Assembly (NCBI RefSeq): GCF_032444005.1
Contig: NC_091284.1
Span: 19,344,001 to 19,408,000 of the forward strand
DNA from: Ranitomeya imitator
Lineage: Eukaryota
Direction: 5' to 3'
Length of the DNA: 64,000 bases
Part shown: positions 60,001 through 64,000 of the stretch, one piece after another
Numbering within the stretch: position 1 is the first letter of the stretch
Layout of the letters: each line of letters begins with the position of its first letter
Made by a program: the position numbers and the translations under genes
Notes under the pieces: generated by a model
Told to the model about the DNA's origin: nothing
Database searches by the model: none
The model's input: the letters and a program-made list of their open reading frames with translations, nothing else

Positions 60001-63000
60001 CAATGCCAGATCCCCAGAATTACAGCATGTCACCACCAGAATAACAGATATTACTGCTTAGTTCATCACCATGGACAGCAATGCCAGATCCCCAGAATTA
60101 CAGCATGTCACCACCAGAATAACAGATATTACTGCTTAGTTCATCACCATGGACAGCAATGCCGGATCACCAGAATTACAGCATGCCACCACCAGAATAA
60201 CATATATTACTGCTTAGTTCAGCACCATGGACAGCAATGCCAGATCCCCAGAATTACAGCATGTCACCACCAGAATAACAGATATTACTCCTTAGTTCAT
60301 CACCATGGACAGCAATGCCGGATCCCCAGAATTACAGCATGCCACCACCAGAATAACAGATATTACTCCTTAGTTCATCACCATGGACAGCAATGCCGGA
60401 TCACCAGAATTACAGCATGCCACCACCAGAATAACAGATATTACTGCTTAGTTCAGCACCATGGACAGCAATGCCAGATCCCCAGAATTACAGCATGTCA
60501 CCACCAGAATAACAGATATTACTGCTTAGTTCATCACCATGGACAGCAATGCCGGATCCCCAGAATTACAGCATGTCACCACCAGAATAACAGATATTAC
60601 TGCTTAGTTCATCACCATGGACAGCAATGCCAGATCCCCAGAATTACAGCATGCCACCACCAGAATAACAGATATTACTGCTTAGTTCATCACCATGGAC
60701 AGCAATGCCGGATCACCAGAATTACAGCATGCCACCACCAGAATAACAGATATTACTGCTTAGTTCAGCACCATGGACAGCAATGCCAGATCCCCAGAAT
60801 TACAGCATGTCACCCCCAGAATAACAGATATTACTCCTTAGTTCATCACCATGGACAGCAATGCCAGATCCCCAGAATTACAGCATGTCACCACCAGAAT
60901 AACAGATATTACTGCTTAGTTCAGCACCATGGACAGCAATGCCGGATCCCCAGAATTACAGCATGTCACCACCAGAATAACAGATATTACTGCTTAGTTC
61001 ATCACCATGGACAGCAATGCCAGATCCCCAGAATTACAGCATGTCACCACCAGAATAACAGATATTACTGCTTAGTTCATCACCATGGACAGTAATGCCG
61101 GATCACCAGAATTACAGCATGCCACCACCAGAATAACAGATATTACTGCTTAGTTCATCACCATGGACAGCAATGCCGGATCCCCAGAATTACAGCATGT
61201 CATCACCAGAATAACAGATATTACTGCTTAGTTCATCTCCATGGACAGCAATGCCAGATCCCCAGAATTACAGCATGTCACCTCCAGAATAACAGATATT
61301 ACTCCTTAGTTCATCACCATGGACAGCAATGCCAGATCCCCAGAATTACAGCATGTCACCTCCAGAATAACAGATATTACTGCTTAGTTCAGCACCATGG
61401 ACAGCAATGCCAGATCCCCAGAATTACAGCATGCCACCACCAGAATAACAGATATTACTCCTTAGTTCATCACCATGGACAGCAATGCCAGATCCCCAGA
61501 ATTACAGCATGTCACCACCAGAATAACAGATATTACTGCTTAGTTCATCACCATGAACAGCAATGCCAGATCCCCAGAATTACAGCATGTCACCACCAGA
61601 ACAACAGATATTACTGCTTAGTTCATCACCATGGACAGCAATGCCGGATCCCCAGAATTACAGCATGTCACCACCAGAATAACAGATATTACTCCTTAGT
61701 TCAGCACCATGGACAGCAATGCCAGATCCCCAGAATTACAGCATGTTACCACCAGAATAACAGATATTACTGCTTAGTTCATCACCATGGACAGCAATGC
61801 CAGATCTCCAGAATTACAGCATGTCACCACCAGAATAACAGATATTACTCCTTAGTTCAGCACCATGGACAGCACTGCCAGATCCCCAGAATTACAGCAT
61901 GTCACCACCAGAATAACAGATATTACTGCTTAGTTCAGCACCATGGACAGCAATGCCGGATCCCCAGAATTACAGCATGCCTCCACCAGAATAACAGATA
62001 TTACTGCTTAGTTCAGCACCATGGACAGCAATGCCGGATCCCCAGAATTACAGCATGTCACCACCAGAATAACAGATATTACTGCTTAGTTCAGCACCAT
62101 GGACAGCAATGCCAGATCCCCAGAATTACAGCATGTCACCACCAGAATAACAGATATTACTCCTTAGTTCAGCACCATGGACAGCAATGCCAGATCCCCA
62201 GAATTACAGCATGTCACCACCAGAATAACAGATATTACTGCTTAGTTCAGCACCATGGACAGCAATGCCAGATCTCCAGAATTACAGCATGTCACCTCCA
62301 GAATAACAGATATTACTCCTTAGTTCATCACCATGGACAGCAATGCCAGATCCCCAGAATTACAGCATGTCACCTCCAGAATAACAGATATTACTCCTTA
62401 GTTCATCACCATGGACAGCAATGCCGGATCCCCAGAATTACAGCATGTCACCACCAGAATAACAGATATTACTGCTTAGTTCATCACCATGGACAGCACT
62501 GCCAGATCCCCAGAATTACAGCATGTCACCACCAGAATAACAGATATTACTGCTTAGTTCATCACCATGGACAGCAATGTCAGATCCCCAGAATTACAGC
62601 ATGTCACCACCAGAATAACAGATATTACTGCTTAGTTCATCACCATGGACAGCACTGCCAGATCCCCAGAATTACAGCATGTCACCACCAGAATAACAGA
62701 TATTACTGCTTAGTTCATCACCATGGACAGCACTGCCAGATCCCCAGAATTACAGCATGTCACCACCAGAATAACAGATATTACTGCTTAGTTCATCACC
62801 ATGGACAGCAATGTCAGATCCCCAGAATTACAGCATGTCACCACCAGAATAACAGATATTACTGCTTAGTTCATCACCATGGACAGTAATGCCGGATCAC
62901 CAGAATTACAGCATGCCACCACCAGAATAACAGATATTACTGCTTAGTTCATCACCATGGACAGCAATGCCAGATCCCCAGAATTACAGCATGTCACCTC

Positions 63001-64000
63001 CAGAATAACAGATATTACTCCTTAGTTCATCACCATGGACAGCAATGCCAGATCCCCAGAATTACAGCATGTCACCTCCAGAATAACAGATATTACTGCT
63101 TAGTTCAGCACCATGGACAGCAATGCCAGATCCCCAGAATTACAGCATGTCACCTCCAGAATAACAGATATTACTGCTTAGTTCATCACCATGGACAGCA
63201 ATGCCAGATCCCCAGAATTACAGCATGCCACCACCAGAATAACAGATATTACTCCTTAGTTCAGCACCATGGACAGCAATGCCAGATCCCCAGAATTACA
63301 GCATGCCACCACCAGAATAACAGATATTACTGCTTAGTTCATCACCATGGACAGCAATGCCAGATCCCCAGAATTACAGCATGTCACCACCAGAATAACA
63401 GATATTACTGCTTAGTTCATCACCATGAACAGCAATGCCAGATCCCCAGAATTACAGCATGTCACCACCAGAATAACAGATATTACTGCTTAGTTCATCA
63501 CCATGGACAGCAATGCCAGATCCCCAGAATTACAGCATGTCACCACCAGAATAACAGATATTACTGCTTAGTTCATCACCATGGACAGCAATGCCGGATC
63601 CCCAGAATTACAGCATGTCACCACCAGAATAACAGATATTACTCCTTAGTTCATCACCATGGACAGCAATGCCAGATCCCCAGAATTACAGCATGTCACC
63701 ACCAGAATAACAGATATTACTGCTTAGTTCAGCACCATGGACAGCAATGCCAGATCCCCAGAATTACAGCATGTCACCACCAGAATAACAGATATTACTG
63801 CTTAGTTCATCACCATGGACAGCAATGCCAGATCCCCAGAATTACAGCATGTCACCACCAGAATAACAGATATTACTGCTTAGTTCAGCACCATGGACAG
63901 CAATGTCAGATCCCCAGAATTACAGCATGTCACCACCAGAATAACAGATATTACTGCTTAGTTCATCACCATGGACAGCAATGCCGGATCCCCAGAATTA
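45024..64000. repeat. 78-bp satellite array, >=19 kb, ~243 units, runs off the window end
   Basis: Unit CAGATCCCCAGAATTACAGCATG(T/C)CACCACCAGAATAACAGATATTACT(G/C)CTTAGTTCA(G/T)CACCATGGACAGCA(A/C)TGC; no indels noticed; 312- and 624-bp higher-order duplications near 47.9-49.5 kb. Confidence 0.99.

Noticed and set aside
18875-64000. CRISPR-like appearance of short regular repeats
   Set aside because: No unique spacers, no cas genes, eukaryotic context.

Overview
Eukaryotic, repeat-rich sequence, most likely an anuran (frog) intron or gene desert; taxon is inferred from the Tc1, CR1 and MITE content, not proven. About 65% of the window is tandem repeat: a 32/33-bp array (18.9-34.4 kb), a ~19-bp array (38.4-43.2 kb), a 78-bp array (45.0 kb to the end) and smaller ones. 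The only complete protein-coding sequence I can support is an intact Tc1 DD34E transposase (5827-6849) in a very young element. Other mobile DNA: a decayed Tc1, a CR1 LINE 3' fragment split by a solo LTR, a second LTR-like element and several MITEs. The standout is a 384-bp x3.3 tandem insertion at 2288-3564. On the minus strand each unit carries a complete type I hammerhead ribozyme with a palindromic stem III and, at snRNA-gene spacing upstream of it, Staf/ZNF143, octamer and PSE-like motifs. The array is flanked by a 14-bp target-site duplication. It looks like a self-transcribing, self-cleaving retrozyme analogous to newt satellite 2. A few small minus-strand exon candidates hint at an unidentified host gene (low confidence).
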